From Lachnospiraceae bacterium (GTDB taxonomy: Bacteria; Bacillota; Clostridia; Lachnospirales; Lachnospiraceae), in assembly GCA_045629045.1 (NCBI GenBank), contig JAZQQM010000052.1, positions 6,585-70,584 on the forward strand: a DNA stretch of 64,000 nucleotides, read 5' to 3'. The notes beneath the pieces were generated by a model. It saw only the letters and a program-made list of their open reading frames with translations. It searched no databases and was not told the DNA's origin. Shown piece after piece: positions 28,731 to 38,952 of the stretch. The translations under genes were made by a program, and so were the position numbers. Each line of letters starts with the position of its first letter. The stretch's first letter is position 1.

Positions 28731-28909
28731 CATCATTTTTTATAATTACAGTATATTTAGATATAAGTCCAAATAATTTCTCTTTGCTCGGGGTACTGGC
28801 AAGAACTTGCAACATGACATTTTCGATATCGTCAAACTATCACATATTTCTGTATAAAGTCAATCCCACAATTTTCTGTTTTTTATACATAACTTCCGCT
28901 TACTGCTAA

Positions 28910-28964
28910 TAAAAAACTACCGATATAAATTGCCAAAGCATATTACGCTCATTTATATCGGTAG
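28910..28964 (-). terminator. Terminator downstream of the hybrid kinase gene
   Basis: 14-bp stem ctaccgatataaat/atttatatcggtag with a 20-nt loop, followed by TTTTTTATT on the minus strand. Confidence 0.6.
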
Positions 28965-28987
28965 TATTCATATTCATATATTATTCA

Positions 28988-31033
28988 CTAATTTTCGATT
29001 AATGACGAATCCAGGTATTTCCACAGTTTCTCATTAAGTTCATCCTGAGTTGCGGGTTTAAATACCGCATCTATAAAGCCGTAGCCGATATACTCTTCCA
29101 AAGCGCCCTTAATTGCATTGGCGGTAAGAGCAATTTCGATAGTTTCGTTATTGAGTCCGTCCTTTTGAGCCTTAATAGCATTAAATGCTTCAATACCGTC
29201 CATTTCAGGCATAAGGTGATCCATAAATATTATATCGTATTTGGTTTCTTTTGTTTTTTGAAGAGCTTCCTCACCGCTTGAAACACAATCTATCTTTATC
29301 TGTGTATCCTTAAGCAGACCGGCAAACACTTTAAGATTCATAACATTATCATCAACCACAAGTAACTTTGCATTTGGAGCTTTAATAAGCGTTTTCTTTG
29401 ATTCTTCAACAATACGCTGTTCTTCCGTGCTGTTAAAATCTCCTATAGGGTCTTTATTAACCATGGTCTGACGAATGCTGAAACTAAACTGTGAACCCAA
29501 TCCGTAAACACTGTCTACGAGCAGCTTTGAACCCATAAGTGTAAGAAGTTGAACACAAATATTAATACCAAGTCCAGTACCCTGAATATTTCTGTTTCGT
29601 TTCTCTTCTATTCTTTCAAATGCATCATATAATCTTCCTATATCTTCGTCTTTGATACCAATACCCGTATCCTTTACCACGAATTTAAGAAGGGCAGAAC
29701 TTCGACCGACACCTTCCAGCGTAACCTTTAAAGTAACGGTACCGCTGTCGGTATACTTAATGGCATTAGACAGCAAATTCGTCAAAACCTGCTTGATTCT
29801 TACATCGTCGCCCACAAGATTGTTGGGTATATCTTTGTCGATATCAAATACAAGCTTCAAATTCTTTTCTCTTGCCTTAAATGAGAATAAAGTAAATTCT
29901 TCTTTAAGTAATTCCTTCAAAGAATATTCAACATCGAGAAGTTCCAGTTTGCCGCTCTCAATTTTTGAAAAATCGAGAATATCATTGATAATGTTAAGCA
30001 GATTTTCACATGCCTGGGTGGAATCATTGGCATATCCTATAACGTTCTTCTCTGTTGATTCCTTGGCAATCATTTCATTAAGACCCAAAATCGCATTCAT
30101 AGGAGTACGAATCTCATGGGACATCCTGGCAAGGAAGGTACTCTTGGCCGTAGATGCTGCAATTGCCATTTCTTTAGCTTCTTCTGCCAGTTTCTGTGAA
30201 GCCAGAGCTTCCTGACGGGACGCTTGGGACTCGGCATATGCTGTTTCCGCAATAACTCTTGCTTTTTCTGCCTCAAGTCGCATATTATCCGCCAGTTCCT
30301 TGGCTTCTTCCGCCGCCTGCTTTGCCTTTCGTTCCTCTTCATTCGCAATAAGAAGTTTCTCGTAATCCGGAGTTTCCAGATATATCTGAAGCCATAATGT
30401 ACCAAGCATTGTTCCGTACATACTGAACAATACCTTTGAATCGATAGAAAACTCCAGTGCGATTGATCCAAAAGCCACTATGATAAAGAATACCATTCCC
30501 CCGAATATTCCCTCACTGAAGTGTTTACGATTCTTAATGGCAACAAGTAACAGGACTATCATATTAAATGCGGGTAAAATTAATTGAAGTTTCTGCAACG
30601 GTCCGTCAATAAACTGACCGTTTTCATCAAGTCCCGTAATATAACCGGTAAAGAAATTGATTAATCCCAGTATAACAAGAGCAACTGTTGTGGTAATTAT
30701 AAGCCAGTCAACAACATTCTTCTTTTCTCTGTTATAGTTATCCTGACGACTGCGAACATACTGATAGGCAAGGGATGTAAGAATACCGCTTCCCACATTG
30801 TAGCCCAATCGGCAAATATACATTACGACAACAGGGATTATATTAAGATAAGTTTCCGAAAGATTAAGAACAAAATCAAAAATACAGCTCAGCAAAGAAG
30901 CAAACAGAATGTAAAAGAACAATCTGTTTGAATTCGATATGTGAGAATATCTTTTGTAAGTTGCAACAAAAATAACAAGAAATACGAAAAATGCTGCGAT
31001 TACGAAATCGGCATTATGAATCAAATTAAACAT
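28988..31033 (-). CDS. Hybrid sensor histidine kinase / response regulator
   Basis: N-terminal multi-TM domain, coiled coil, H-box FLARMSHEIRTPMNAI, HATPase (GTGLGINI) and a C-terminal receiver (LLVVDDN...DIIFMDHLMPEMDG). Confidence 0.85.
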   Translation of the reverse strand: MFNLIHNADFVIAAFFVFLVIFVATYKRYSHISNSNRLFFYILFASLLSCIFDFVLNLSETYLNIIPVVVMYICRLGYNVGSGILTSLAYQYVRSRQDNYNREKKNVVDWLIITTTVALVILGLINFFTGYITGLDENGQFIDGPLQKLQLILPAFNMIVLLLVAIKNRKHFSEGIFGGMVFFIIVAFGSIALEFSIDSKVLFSMYGTMLGTLWLQIYLETPDYEKLLIANEEERKAKQAAEEAKELADNMRLEAEKARVIAETAYAESQASRQEALASQKLAEEAKEMAIAASTAKSTFLARMSHEIRTPMNAILGLNEMIAKESTEKNVIGYANDSTQACENLLNIINDILDFSKIESGKLELLDVEYSLKELLKEEFTLFSFKAREKNLKLVFDIDKDIPNNLVGDDVRIKQVLTNLLSNAIKYTDSGTVTLKVTLEGVGRSSALLKFVVKDTGIGIKDEDIGRLYDAFERIEEKRNRNIQGTGLGINICVQLLTLMGSKLLVDSVYGLGSQFSFSIRQTMVNKDPIGDFNSTEEQRIVEESKKTLIKAPNAKLLVVDDNVMNLKVFAGLLKDTQIKIDCVSSGEEALQKTKETKYDIIFMDHLMPEMDGIEAFNAIKAQKDGLNNETIEIALTANAIKGALEEYIGYGFIDAVFKPATQDELNEKLWKYLDSSLIEN

Positions 31034-31587
31034 TATTTGTAATCCTTCATAATATCTTTATTTTTGTATAAATAATCTGCAAGCGAAACGATTGTAAGTA
31101 CAATCGCAATCCACAATATTATTTGTGTAAAAATATATAAGAAATCAAAATTCAGAATCAAAAGGCATACGGCAATCATCTGAAATGTTGTCTTAAATTT
31201 GCCCCAATAGCTGGCCGCTATTACAACACCGTTATCGGCAGCCACTGTTCTGAATCCGCTTATAATGAACTCTCTTGCAATAATTACTATTACCATCCAT
31301 GCCGGAATTCGGTCAATTTCGATTAAGCAAATAAGTGCAGAGCATACAAGCAATTTGTCTGCCACCGGATCCATGAACTTACCGAAGTTGGTTACCAGAT
31401 TATTTTTTCTGGCAATCTTTCCGTCAAGCATATCGGTAAGTGATGCAACAATAAAAATACCCAATGCCACGTAATCATTAATCGGGTTAGGCAGTATATC
31501 AGGTGCGAATTCCGGTAACAGCAACACTACTATAAATACCGGTATCAATATTACTCTTAAAATTGTAAGTTTATTAGGCAGGTTCAT
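31033..31587 (-). CDS. pgsA: CDP-diacylglycerol--glycerol-3-phosphate 3-phosphatidyltransferase
   Basis: DMLDGKIARKNNLVTNFGKFMDPVADK is the CDP-alcohol phosphatidyltransferase motif. Confidence 0.9.
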   Translation of the reverse strand: MNLPNKLTILRVILIPVFIVVLLLPEFAPDILPNPINDYVALGIFIVASLTDMLDGKIARKNNLVTNFGKFMDPVADKLLVCSALICLIEIDRIPAWMVIVIIAREFIISGFRTVAADNGVVIAASYWGKFKTTFQMIAVCLLILNFDFLYIFTQIILWIAIVLTIVSLADYLYKNKDIMKDYK

Positions 31588-32905
31588 TTATTTCACCAAT
31601 TAAATCATATTCATTAGAGTCGGTAACAAGTACATCAATTATGTCACCGCTTATTAATTCTCTGTCGGAAGCTGCAAAAAGATATCCGTCCACATCGGGG
31701 GCATCCATATATGTACGGCATACATATACTCTGTCTTCAGGCAAATATCCGACTACGAAACATTTAACAATGCTTCCTATCTTTTGGTCGGCTTTATCAA
31801 AAGCTATAGTCTGCTGCAAAGCCATAATATCATTCCAGCGTTGTTCCTTGACATCCTCTTCAACCTGATTGTCAAAGGTCGCCGCCAAAGTATCTTCCTC
31901 CGGAGAATATTTAAATACTCCGAGTCGGTCAAACTTTCCTTCCCTGACAAGTTTCATGGAATACTCGTGGTCTTCTTCGTTTTCTGAAGGAAAGCCTGTA
32001 ATTAGTGTGGTTCTAAGTGCCATATCGGGAATTTTGCCTCGTATCCTGTCAACCAAGCCAAGAATTTCATCGTGTGTCGTTCTGCGGCCCATAAGTTTAA
32101 GAATTCTGTCCGACCCCGACTGAATCGGCATATCAAGATAATGAACTATCTTCGGTTCTTCTTTTATGGTATCAATCAGTTCATCCGTTATCTCTTCGGG
32201 ATAACAATACAGCAGTCTTATCCACTCAAGTCCGCCTATACCGCATAATCTGCGAAGTAATTCCGGCAGGGCTTTTTTACCATACAGGTCCACTCCGTAA
32301 ATCGTGGTTTCCTGCGCCACAAGAATCAATTCCTTAACGCCCTTTTCGACTAAGGAAACGGCTTCACTTACCAAATCTTCCATAGGAATCGATCTGTAAG
32401 GTCCTTTTACCTTTGGAATAATACAGTAGCTGCAACATCTTGAGCAACCCTCTGCTATCTTAAGGTAATCATAGTGACCGCCTGTGGTAATAACACGTTC
32501 CATATTGCCCAGAGGTTTTCTGTCCACGGGAGTTCTATAGTCGCAAGATTTACCTTCAATAATGCCCTTAACCGCATCCGCAATGGAATCTATTGAGTTG
32601 GCAGATAATACAGCATCAACTTCCGGTAGTTCATCATGAATTTCATCATAATATCTTTGTGCCAGACATCCGGAAATAATAAGTCCCTTAAGATTTCCTT
32701 CCTCTTTAAGGCGACCAAGTTCGATTATTGTATTAATACTCTCTTCCTTGGCATCTCCGATAAAACAGCAGGTGTTAACGACCGCAATGTCAGCTTCGGT
32801 TTCATCGTCCGTGAATTCATAACCTTCTTTGGCAAGAATTCCCAGCATAACCTCTGTATCCACCAGGTTTTTATCACATCCCAAAGATACAAAATAAAGT
32901 TTCAT
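31574..32905 (-). CDS. rimO: Ribosomal protein S12 methylthiotransferase RimO
   Basis: MTTase N-domain (LGCDKNLVD), radical SAM CSRCCSYC and a TRAM domain. Confidence 0.9.
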   Translation of the reverse strand: MKLYFVSLGCDKNLVDTEVMLGILAKEGYEFTDDETEADIAVVNTCCFIGDAKEESINTIIELGRLKEEGNLKGLIISGCLAQRYYDEIHDELPEVDAVLSANSIDSIADAVKGIIEGKSCDYRTPVDRKPLGNMERVITTGGHYDYLKIAEGCSRCCSYCIIPKVKGPYRSIPMEDLVSEAVSLVEKGVKELILVAQETTIYGVDLYGKKALPELLRRLCGIGGLEWIRLLYCYPEEITDELIDTIKEEPKIVHYLDMPIQSGSDRILKLMGRRTTHDEILGLVDRIRGKIPDMALRTTLITGFPSENEEDHEYSMKLVREGKFDRLGVFKYSPEEDTLAATFDNQVEEDVKEQRWNDIMALQQTIAFDKADQKIGSIVKCFVVGYLPEDRVYVCRTYMDAPDVDGYLFAASDRELISGDIIDVLVTDSNEYDLIGEINEPA

Positions 32906-33153
32906 TATGCCTCTTGAATTTCATCCTCTGATAAAATCTTGATTTTGCCCTGGTTTAATTCTTCAACGGCAACAGATAAAGGCTTCTCGCCCTCCATACC
33001 GTCTACCAAAGCGTCCTCTCCGTCAACAAGCTGACGAGCTCTTTTTGAAGTAGCCATAACAATTGAGTATCTGCTGTTAACTACGGGAGCTTCGCCCTCG
33101 GCAACATCTGAATTAACTACTTTCATTAAATCTGAATAAGATGGGTGTAACAT
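32905..33153 (-). CDS. rpoZ: DNA-directed RNA polymerase subunit omega
   Basis: 82 aa. NSRYSIVMATSKRARQL. Located immediately downstream of gmk. Confidence 0.85.
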   Translation of the reverse strand: MLHPSYSDLMKVVNSDVAEGEAPVVNSRYSIVMATSKRARQLVDGEDALVDGMEGEKPLSVAVEELNQGKIKILSEDEIQEA

Positions 33154-33177
33154 AATATCTCCTTTTCTTAACCGGAA

Positions 33178-33801
33178 TTATTTATATTCTTCCAGTTCTT
33201 CATTTATTTTTTTTAGTAACTCGGCACTGCAGTTCGGTGCATGATGTGATGCATCAATCAGCACGTGCAGGTCTTTAACACATTTATCAAGGTCATCATT
33301 GACCAAAAGATAATCATAACGTCCTATAAAGCTTGATTCTTCATATGCTCTGCGCATTCTTTTGTTAACAACTTCCTCAGACTCTGTACCACGCTTAAGA
33401 AGTCGTTCTTTAAGGGTAGATGCATTAGGAGGTGTTACGAATACCAAAACCGCCTCCGGGAATCTTGTCTTAACCTGAATCGCACCCTGCATTTCGATTT
33501 CAAGAATAACATCCTTACCTTCTTCAATGCATTCGTCAACATATTTTCGCGGTGTTCCGTAGTAATTTCCCACATAGTTGGCATACTCAATAAGTTCACC
33601 GTTACTTATTGCTTCTTCGAATCTTTCTTTTGTTACAAAGAAATAATCCTTACCATCAACCTCACCCGGACGCGGTTCACGAGTGGTCATTGATATAGAC
33701 AGCGCATATCTGTCGCTTTCGGATACAATACGCTTAACAATAGTCCCTTTACCTGCTCCGGAGAAACCCGAAACAACTATCAATACACCTTTTTGCTTCA
33801 T
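33178..33801 (-). CDS. gmk: Guanylate kinase
   Basis: GFSGAGKGT P-loop and TTREPRPGEVDGKDYFF. Confidence 0.95.
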   Translation of the reverse strand: MKQKGVLIVVSGFSGAGKGTIVKRIVSESDRYALSISMTTREPRPGEVDGKDYFFVTKERFEEAISNGELIEYANYVGNYYGTPRKYVDECIEEGKDVILEIEMQGAIQVKTRFPEAVLVFVTPPNASTLKERLLKRGTESEEVVNKRMRRAYEESSFIGRYDYLLVNDDLDKCVKDLHVLIDASHHAPNCSAELLKKINEELEEYK

Positions 33802-33821
33802 ATTCGCTCCTTAATAGAACA

Positions 33822-34700
33822 CTATTCGATATTCTGAATCTGTTCTCTGACCTTTTCGATTTCTGTCTTTAAATCAATGGCATGATTGGAAATAGAAAGG
33901 TCATTACACTTTGAAAGTGTGGTGTTGGCCTCACGGTTCATTTCCTGCGCCATAAAATCAAGTTTACGTCCGATTGATCCACCCTCGATAAGGTTTTCCT
34001 TCATAGTCTCAATATGAGAGCGAAGTCTGACAAGTTCCTCATCTACACACACCTTGTCAGCAAATATTGTAACTTCCATGAGAAGACGGCCCTCATCAAT
34101 TTTGGTATCTTCAAGAAGTTCTTTTACCTTGGCTTCAAGCTTTTGCTTATATTCTGCAACAATCTGCGGTGAGCGTTCTTCGATAAATGCCACATGTTCA
34201 AGCATTCCGTCAAGTTTAGCCACCAAATCATTCTTAAGATTCTCGCCCTCTTTGATTCTTGTTTCTACGAAGCTCTCCGAAGCACCCTGTATTGCTTTAA
34301 GAAGAAGTGCCCATAAAGCATCCTCGTCCACATCCTGTTCTTCCATTGAGAACACCTCAGGGTATCTTGACAAGGTTGAGACTCTCACATCATCGTCAAG
34401 TCCGAATTCTTCGGCCATTTCCTTAAGATACTTAAGATAGTCGCCTGCCACATCCTTGTTGTACTTAACGCTTACATTCGACTCCGAAAAGTCTTCATAG
34501 GTGATAAAAATATCAACCTTACCGCGCTGAATGTAGTTCTTAAGTTCATTACGGATTGCTGCCTCAAAGAAGTTAAGTTTCTTGGGCATTTTGATGTTTA
34601 CATCAAGATATCTGTGATTTACAGATTTCATTTCGACCGTGATTTTGCGGTCGCCTTCCGTGACCTCGGCTCTGCCGAAGCCTGTCATGCTTTTAATCAT
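33822..34700 (-). CDS. yicC: YicC-family stress-induced protein (putative endoribonuclease)
   Basis: MIKSMTGFGRAE N-terminus and C-terminal DUF1732-like region ...EMNREANT..SK. Confidence 0.85.
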   Translation of the reverse strand: MIKSMTGFGRAEVTEGDRKITVEMKSVNHRYLDVNIKMPKKLNFFEAAIRNELKNYIQRGKVDIFITYEDFSESNVSVKYNKDVAGDYLKYLKEMAEEFGLDDDVRVSTLSRYPEVFSMEEQDVDEDALWALLLKAIQGASESFVETRIKEGENLKNDLVAKLDGMLEHVAFIEERSPQIVAEYKQKLEAKVKELLEDTKIDEGRLLMEVTIFADKVCVDEELVRLRSHIETMKENLIEGGSIGRKLDFMAQEMNREANTTLSKCNDLSISNHAIDLKTEIEKVREQIQNIE

Positions 34701-34857
34701 TTAATTAACCTCCCGGAAGTCGTCTTAATTCTGTCATTTTCACGACTTCACATACAAAGTTTATTATAGTTTAAAAGTACTTTTTTTGCAATGGGAACGG
34801 TACTTATGTACCGATTGTCGCCTTTGCAATATTTTTGAATTCTTGTATAATTCCCTT

Positions 34858-36588
34858 ATGGCTTTTGATGGAATAACCGTTTCTTCAATAGTGAAGGAAC
34901 TAAATGACAATTTAACAGACGGCAGAATATCCAAAATCGCCCAGCCTGAGCCGGACGAGCTTTTGCTGACCGTGAAAACTCCCACTGCTCAAAAAAGGCT
35001 GCTCATATCAGCCAGTGCTTCGCTTCCTCTTATCTACTTATCCGATGAGAATAAGCAAAGCCCTATTACCGCGCCCAATTTTTGCATGCTTCTTCGTAAA
35101 CATATCCAGAACGGACGCATTATACGCTTTGTACAGCCATCTCTTGAGCGCGTAATCTTCATGGAAATTGAACATCTTGACGAAATGGGTGATTTAAAAC
35201 TCAAAAAGCTTGCCATCGAAATAATGGGTAAACATTCCAACATTATTTTTCTTGACGAAAATAAAATCATTGATTCCATAAAGCATATAAGTGCCAGTGT
35301 AAGCAGTGTCCGCGAAGTTCTTCCGGGACGCGAATACTTTATACCCAAAACTGACGAAAAACAAAATCCTCTGGAAGAAACAAAAGAGGGCTTTATTAAT
35401 ACCGTTCTTCAAAAGGCAGGTCCAATTTATAAAGCCATCTACTCTTCCTATACCGGTTTTTCGCCCTTCTATTCCCAGCAGATATGCCACATGGCAGGTA
35501 TAGACGGTGATGCAGGTACCGATTCCCCCTTTGATAAAGAGCGACTGGCCGATGCATTCATTGATACCGTAAACAAAATAAAGCAGGGCGATTTTGCACC
35601 CGCAATAGTCTATGAAAACGGTGTTCCCTTTGAGTATGCATCTTTACCCCTTCCTTCATTCAAGGAAGAAAACACCAAACACTATGATACCGTTTCCGAG
35701 CTTCTTAAGAATTATTATGCCGAAAAAGAGCTCGTCACCAGAATTCGCCAAAAGTCCGTCGACTTAAGAAAAATCGTACAGACCACTCTCGAAAAGGATT
35801 TGCGTAAACAGGAAATTTATATAAAACAGCTTAAGGATACCGAGAAGAAGGATAAGTACAAAATGTATGGAGAACTTCTTACGGCTTACGGTTACGGTGC
35901 GCCCGAAAATGCAAAATCCATAACCGTCCTTAACTATTATACCAATGAAAACACAGACATTCCCCTCGATCCTGATATGTCTGCCATAGACAATGCCAAA
36001 AAGTATTTCGACAAATACGGCAAACTCAAAAGAACCGAAGAAGCCGTAAAGGAACTGATTAAGGAAGTAAATGAAGAAATCGATCACCTGTACTCTATCC
36101 AGAATGCCCTGGATATTGCCCAAAACGATGATGATCTTTCACAGATAAAAGAAGAATTGTCCGAAAGCGGATATATTAAAAAGCACACTTCCGGCAAAAA
36201 AACAAAATCAAAGTCAAAGCCCTTCCATTACATTACCAAAGAAGGCTTTCATATTTATGTGGGTAAGAACAACATTCAAAACGAAGACATTACCTTCAAT
36301 CTTGCAAACGGAAATGACTGGTGGTTTCATGCAAAAAAAATCCCCGGTTCTCACGTTATCGTAAAGACCGAGGGTAAAGAACTTCCGGATTCGGTATTTG
36401 AAGATGCAGCCCGTCTTGCCGCACATTATTCAAAGGCCCGGGGCGAATCCCGCATCGAAGTGGACTACGTCCGTAAGAAAGAGGTCAAACACCCCAACGG
36501 TTCAAAACCCGGATTTGTAGTATATTACACAAATTTCTCCATGCTTATAGATTCTGACATCTCTCATATAGAGCTTATAAAGGAATAA
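34858..36588 (+). CDS. rqcH: Ribosome quality control factor RqcH (NFACT / FbpA family)
   Basis: Start trimmed to MAFDGITVSSIVKELN (ATG 34858). This matches the conserved N-terminus of RqcH (the B. subtilis protein starts MSFDG..., from memory). A C-terminal NFACT-R region (WFHAKKIPGSHV) is present. Confidence 0.85.
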   Translation: MAFDGITVSSIVKELNDNLTDGRISKIAQPEPDELLLTVKTPTAQKRLLISASASLPLIYLSDENKQSPITAPNFCMLLRKHIQNGRIIRFVQPSLERVIFMEIEHLDEMGDLKLKKLAIEIMGKHSNIIFLDENKIIDSIKHISASVSSVREVLPGREYFIPKTDEKQNPLEETKEGFINTVLQKAGPIYKAIYSSYTGFSPFYSQQICHMAGIDGDAGTDSPFDKERLADAFIDTVNKIKQGDFAPAIVYENGVPFEYASLPLPSFKEENTKHYDTVSELLKNYYAEKELVTRIRQKSVDLRKIVQTTLEKDLRKQEIYIKQLKDTEKKDKYKMYGELLTAYGYGAPENAKSITVLNYYTNENTDIPLDPDMSAIDNAKKYFDKYGKLKRTEEAVKELIKEVNEEIDHLYSIQNALDIAQNDDDLSQIKEELSESGYIKKHTSGKKTKSKSKPFHYITKEGFHIYVGKNNIQNEDITFNLANGNDWWFHAKKIPGSHVIVKTEGKELPDSVFEDAARLAAHYSKARGESRIEVDYVRKKEVKHPNGSKPGFVVYYTNFSMLIDSDISHIELIKE

Positions 36589-36596
36589 GTAAAATA

Positions 36597-36721
36597 AAGG
36601 CTGATATATACTGTTTCAAGGTCTTGGGGGTACGCGTTACTTAGCGAGGTTTTTTCGAGCTTAGTAACGTACGCAAGCCACAGGAAGCGAAAGCGCCCTT
36701 GTAACAGTATATATCAGCCTT
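36597..36721. repeat. Nested-hairpin element, copy B (inverted relative to copy A)
   Basis: Arms are aaggctgatatatactgtttcaag (36597-36620) and cttgtaacagtatatatcagcctt (36698-36721), 23/24 complementary. The interior contains the conserved core tacgcgttacttagcgaggttttttcgagcttagtaacgtacgcaag...gaagcgaaagcgcc. It sits between the convergent rqcH and flippase genes. Confidence 0.8.
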
Positions 36722-36728
36722 ATTTATA

Positions 36729-38360
36729 TTACTTTATAAGCGAAAGCTTCTTCGCTATCTTCACGATGAGGGTTCCCTTGGGGAGGGTACGCAGTTCGTC
36801 TTCGGAAACTACCTGCCACTTAAGGGCGAATACTCCGTAAGAGAATACTCCCATACATAAAGCGATAATAAGAGCTACGAAATTCAACCCGGTATAGTAA
36901 TTAACTACCCAGTATGTTCCGAAGGTTAATGCTCCCATGCCCAGTGCCGACAATCCGGGGCGAAGGAACGTTTTATCTATCTCCTGCTCATATCCTAAAT
37001 ATTTCTTTACTGATATGCCGTTTAATATACATAAACATAATGAGTAAATTATAGTTGCGATTCCATAGGCATATACTTCGCATCCCTCAGGCAGAACCAT
37101 CATTAACAACACCATAATAACCGAATGCACAACTATGGCAATCGCCGCATTTATTATAGGCGTATTCATGTGTCCTATGGCTTGCAAAACAGCCTGGGTT
37201 ATTGTTGATAAGCCATAAAGTATAACCGTTATCGCAAATAAAATCAGCATATTGGAAGCCAGTTCAAGGGAGGCTTTCTGAGGGAAAATAACTTTCATAA
37301 TAGGTCTTGCAAGCACGGCAATCCCCACCGCTGCGGGGATTGAAATGAACATAGTTACTCTTTGAGCTTTTGCTATTGCGTTTTTGGCCGTCTCATACTC
37401 TTCTTTTGCTATGTGGGACGACAGTTTTGGAATTAATGTTGTAGCCATTGCAGATGCCATTGCAATGGGAATATTTCCTATCTTGTTGGCCTTGGCCACC
37501 GCCGATAAATCAAAGGCCACCATGGCTTCTCCCACATTCTTTAAATCCATCATTACATGCTGATATATTGTCTTATCAAGGAAATTATTAAGATTATATA
37601 CACCGGTACTTAAAATAAAGGGTGTAACCACAAGAAGAATTGTTTTAAAAATATGACCGTATGACTCTATATTATCGGTCTTATCATTTTCTATCTTGGC
37701 AAGTACATTTTTACGATTGTAAAAATATATACACACCATAAAGATAAGTGCCACAATAACACCGACACCGGTTCCTATAGTCGAACCTGCGGCTCCCATG
37801 GATGCTATATAAGAATCCGTACCCCCTGCTGCTGCATTAACGAGTACATATGCCATAAGCACGCTGAAGCCTGCATTAAAAACCTGTTCCAGAATTTGCG
37901 AAACAGAAGTGGGAACCATGGTATGCTGTGCCTGAAAAAATCCCCTAAAGACTCCCAGAATGCCGCTGAAGAAAACTGTCGGTGCCAATATCTTAAGCGG
38001 AAGCACCGCGCTTTCCATTTTAACCAGTATTCCCGCACCGAAGAATACAAATAAAGCGGCTATAACACCAACTACGCACACATAAATTAAGGAGCATACA
38101 AAAACTCTGTGAGCGTTTTTATACTCCTTCTTAGCCAGCTTCTCGGCCATTACCTTGGATACCGCAGACGGAATCGAATATGACGAAATTAAAAGCACTA
38201 TGCTGTATGCAGCATAAGCACTGTCATAATAGCCGAAGCCCTCATCTTTAATTATATGAACAAGTGGTGTGTTATACAGCAGTCCTATAATGCGGACAAT
38301 AATACCGGCAACAGCCAGAATGCCCGCCTGGACTACCATATTGTTTTTTGATTTAGACAT
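36729..38360 (-). CDS. MOP-superfamily polysaccharide/lipid II flippase (MurJ/SpoVB-like)
   Basis: 543 aa with about 14 predicted TM helices. The N-terminal pattern is GILAVAGIIVRIIGLLY. Confidence 0.75.
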   Translation of the reverse strand: MSKSKNNMVVQAGILAVAGIIVRIIGLLYNTPLVHIIKDEGFGYYDSAYAAYSIVLLISSYSIPSAVSKVMAEKLAKKEYKNAHRVFVCSLIYVCVVGVIAALFVFFGAGILVKMESAVLPLKILAPTVFFSGILGVFRGFFQAQHTMVPTSVSQILEQVFNAGFSVLMAYVLVNAAAGGTDSYIASMGAAGSTIGTGVGVIVALIFMVCIYFYNRKNVLAKIENDKTDNIESYGHIFKTILLVVTPFILSTGVYNLNNFLDKTIYQHVMMDLKNVGEAMVAFDLSAVAKANKIGNIPIAMASAMATTLIPKLSSHIAKEEYETAKNAIAKAQRVTMFISIPAAVGIAVLARPIMKVIFPQKASLELASNMLILFAITVILYGLSTITQAVLQAIGHMNTPIINAAIAIVVHSVIMVLLMMVLPEGCEVYAYGIATIIYSLCLCILNGISVKKYLGYEQEIDKTFLRPGLSALGMGALTFGTYWVVNYYTGLNFVALIIALCMGVFSYGVFALKWQVVSEDELRTLPKGTLIVKIAKKLSLIK

Positions 38361-38806
38361 TAGTTAACTTTAGTACCGCATGATGTACAGAAATTATTGC
38401 CGGCCGGAACTGCATTTCCGCACTGAGGACAGATTGTTCCGCCTGCTGCCACAACCGACTGCTGATTAGCTTCTGCGCCTGCCTGAATCTGTGCCTGATG
38501 CTGCGCTTTTGCATCTGCTGCTGCCTGAGCTGCCTTTTCTGCTGCATCTTCTATTGCTTTATTTTCATTTTGATACTTCGTAATTTCAGCCATTACGCTT
38601 CTGATTGCAGCAAGTTCCGTTTCATAGGGAGAATCAAACTTTTCAACATAATCTGCAAACACCTTTGTTCCAAGGGCTGCATAAGCTACGTTAAGCTGCT
38701 TTTCAAGACCTGCTATCTTTGTATTATTGGCTGTAACATCAACCATATCTTTAGTCTTTTGAGTAATACCTTTTCCAAATGCCGAAACTTCATCCAAAAA
38801 TCCCAT
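38360..38806 (-). CDS. Zinc-ribbon domain protein
   Basis: C-terminal CPQCGNAVPAGNNFCTSCG. The N-terminal region is helical. Confidence 0.5.
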   Translation of the reverse strand: MGFLDEVSAFGKGITQKTKDMVDVTANNTKIAGLEKQLNVAYAALGTKVFADYVEKFDSPYETELAAIRSVMAEITKYQNENKAIEDAAEKAAQAAADAKAQHQAQIQAGAEANQQSVVAAGGTICPQCGNAVPAGNNFCTSCGTKVN

Positions 38807-38952
38807 TTATACATTCCTCCGTAACAAATATATTGGTAATTTAAAATAATTACCGACTTCAAATATTATCGCATAGGCAATATAAAAATGCAATTGTACC
38901 TATGTATGTACTTTATGTTATTATTAATTAAAACAGTTTACGAAAAGGGGAT

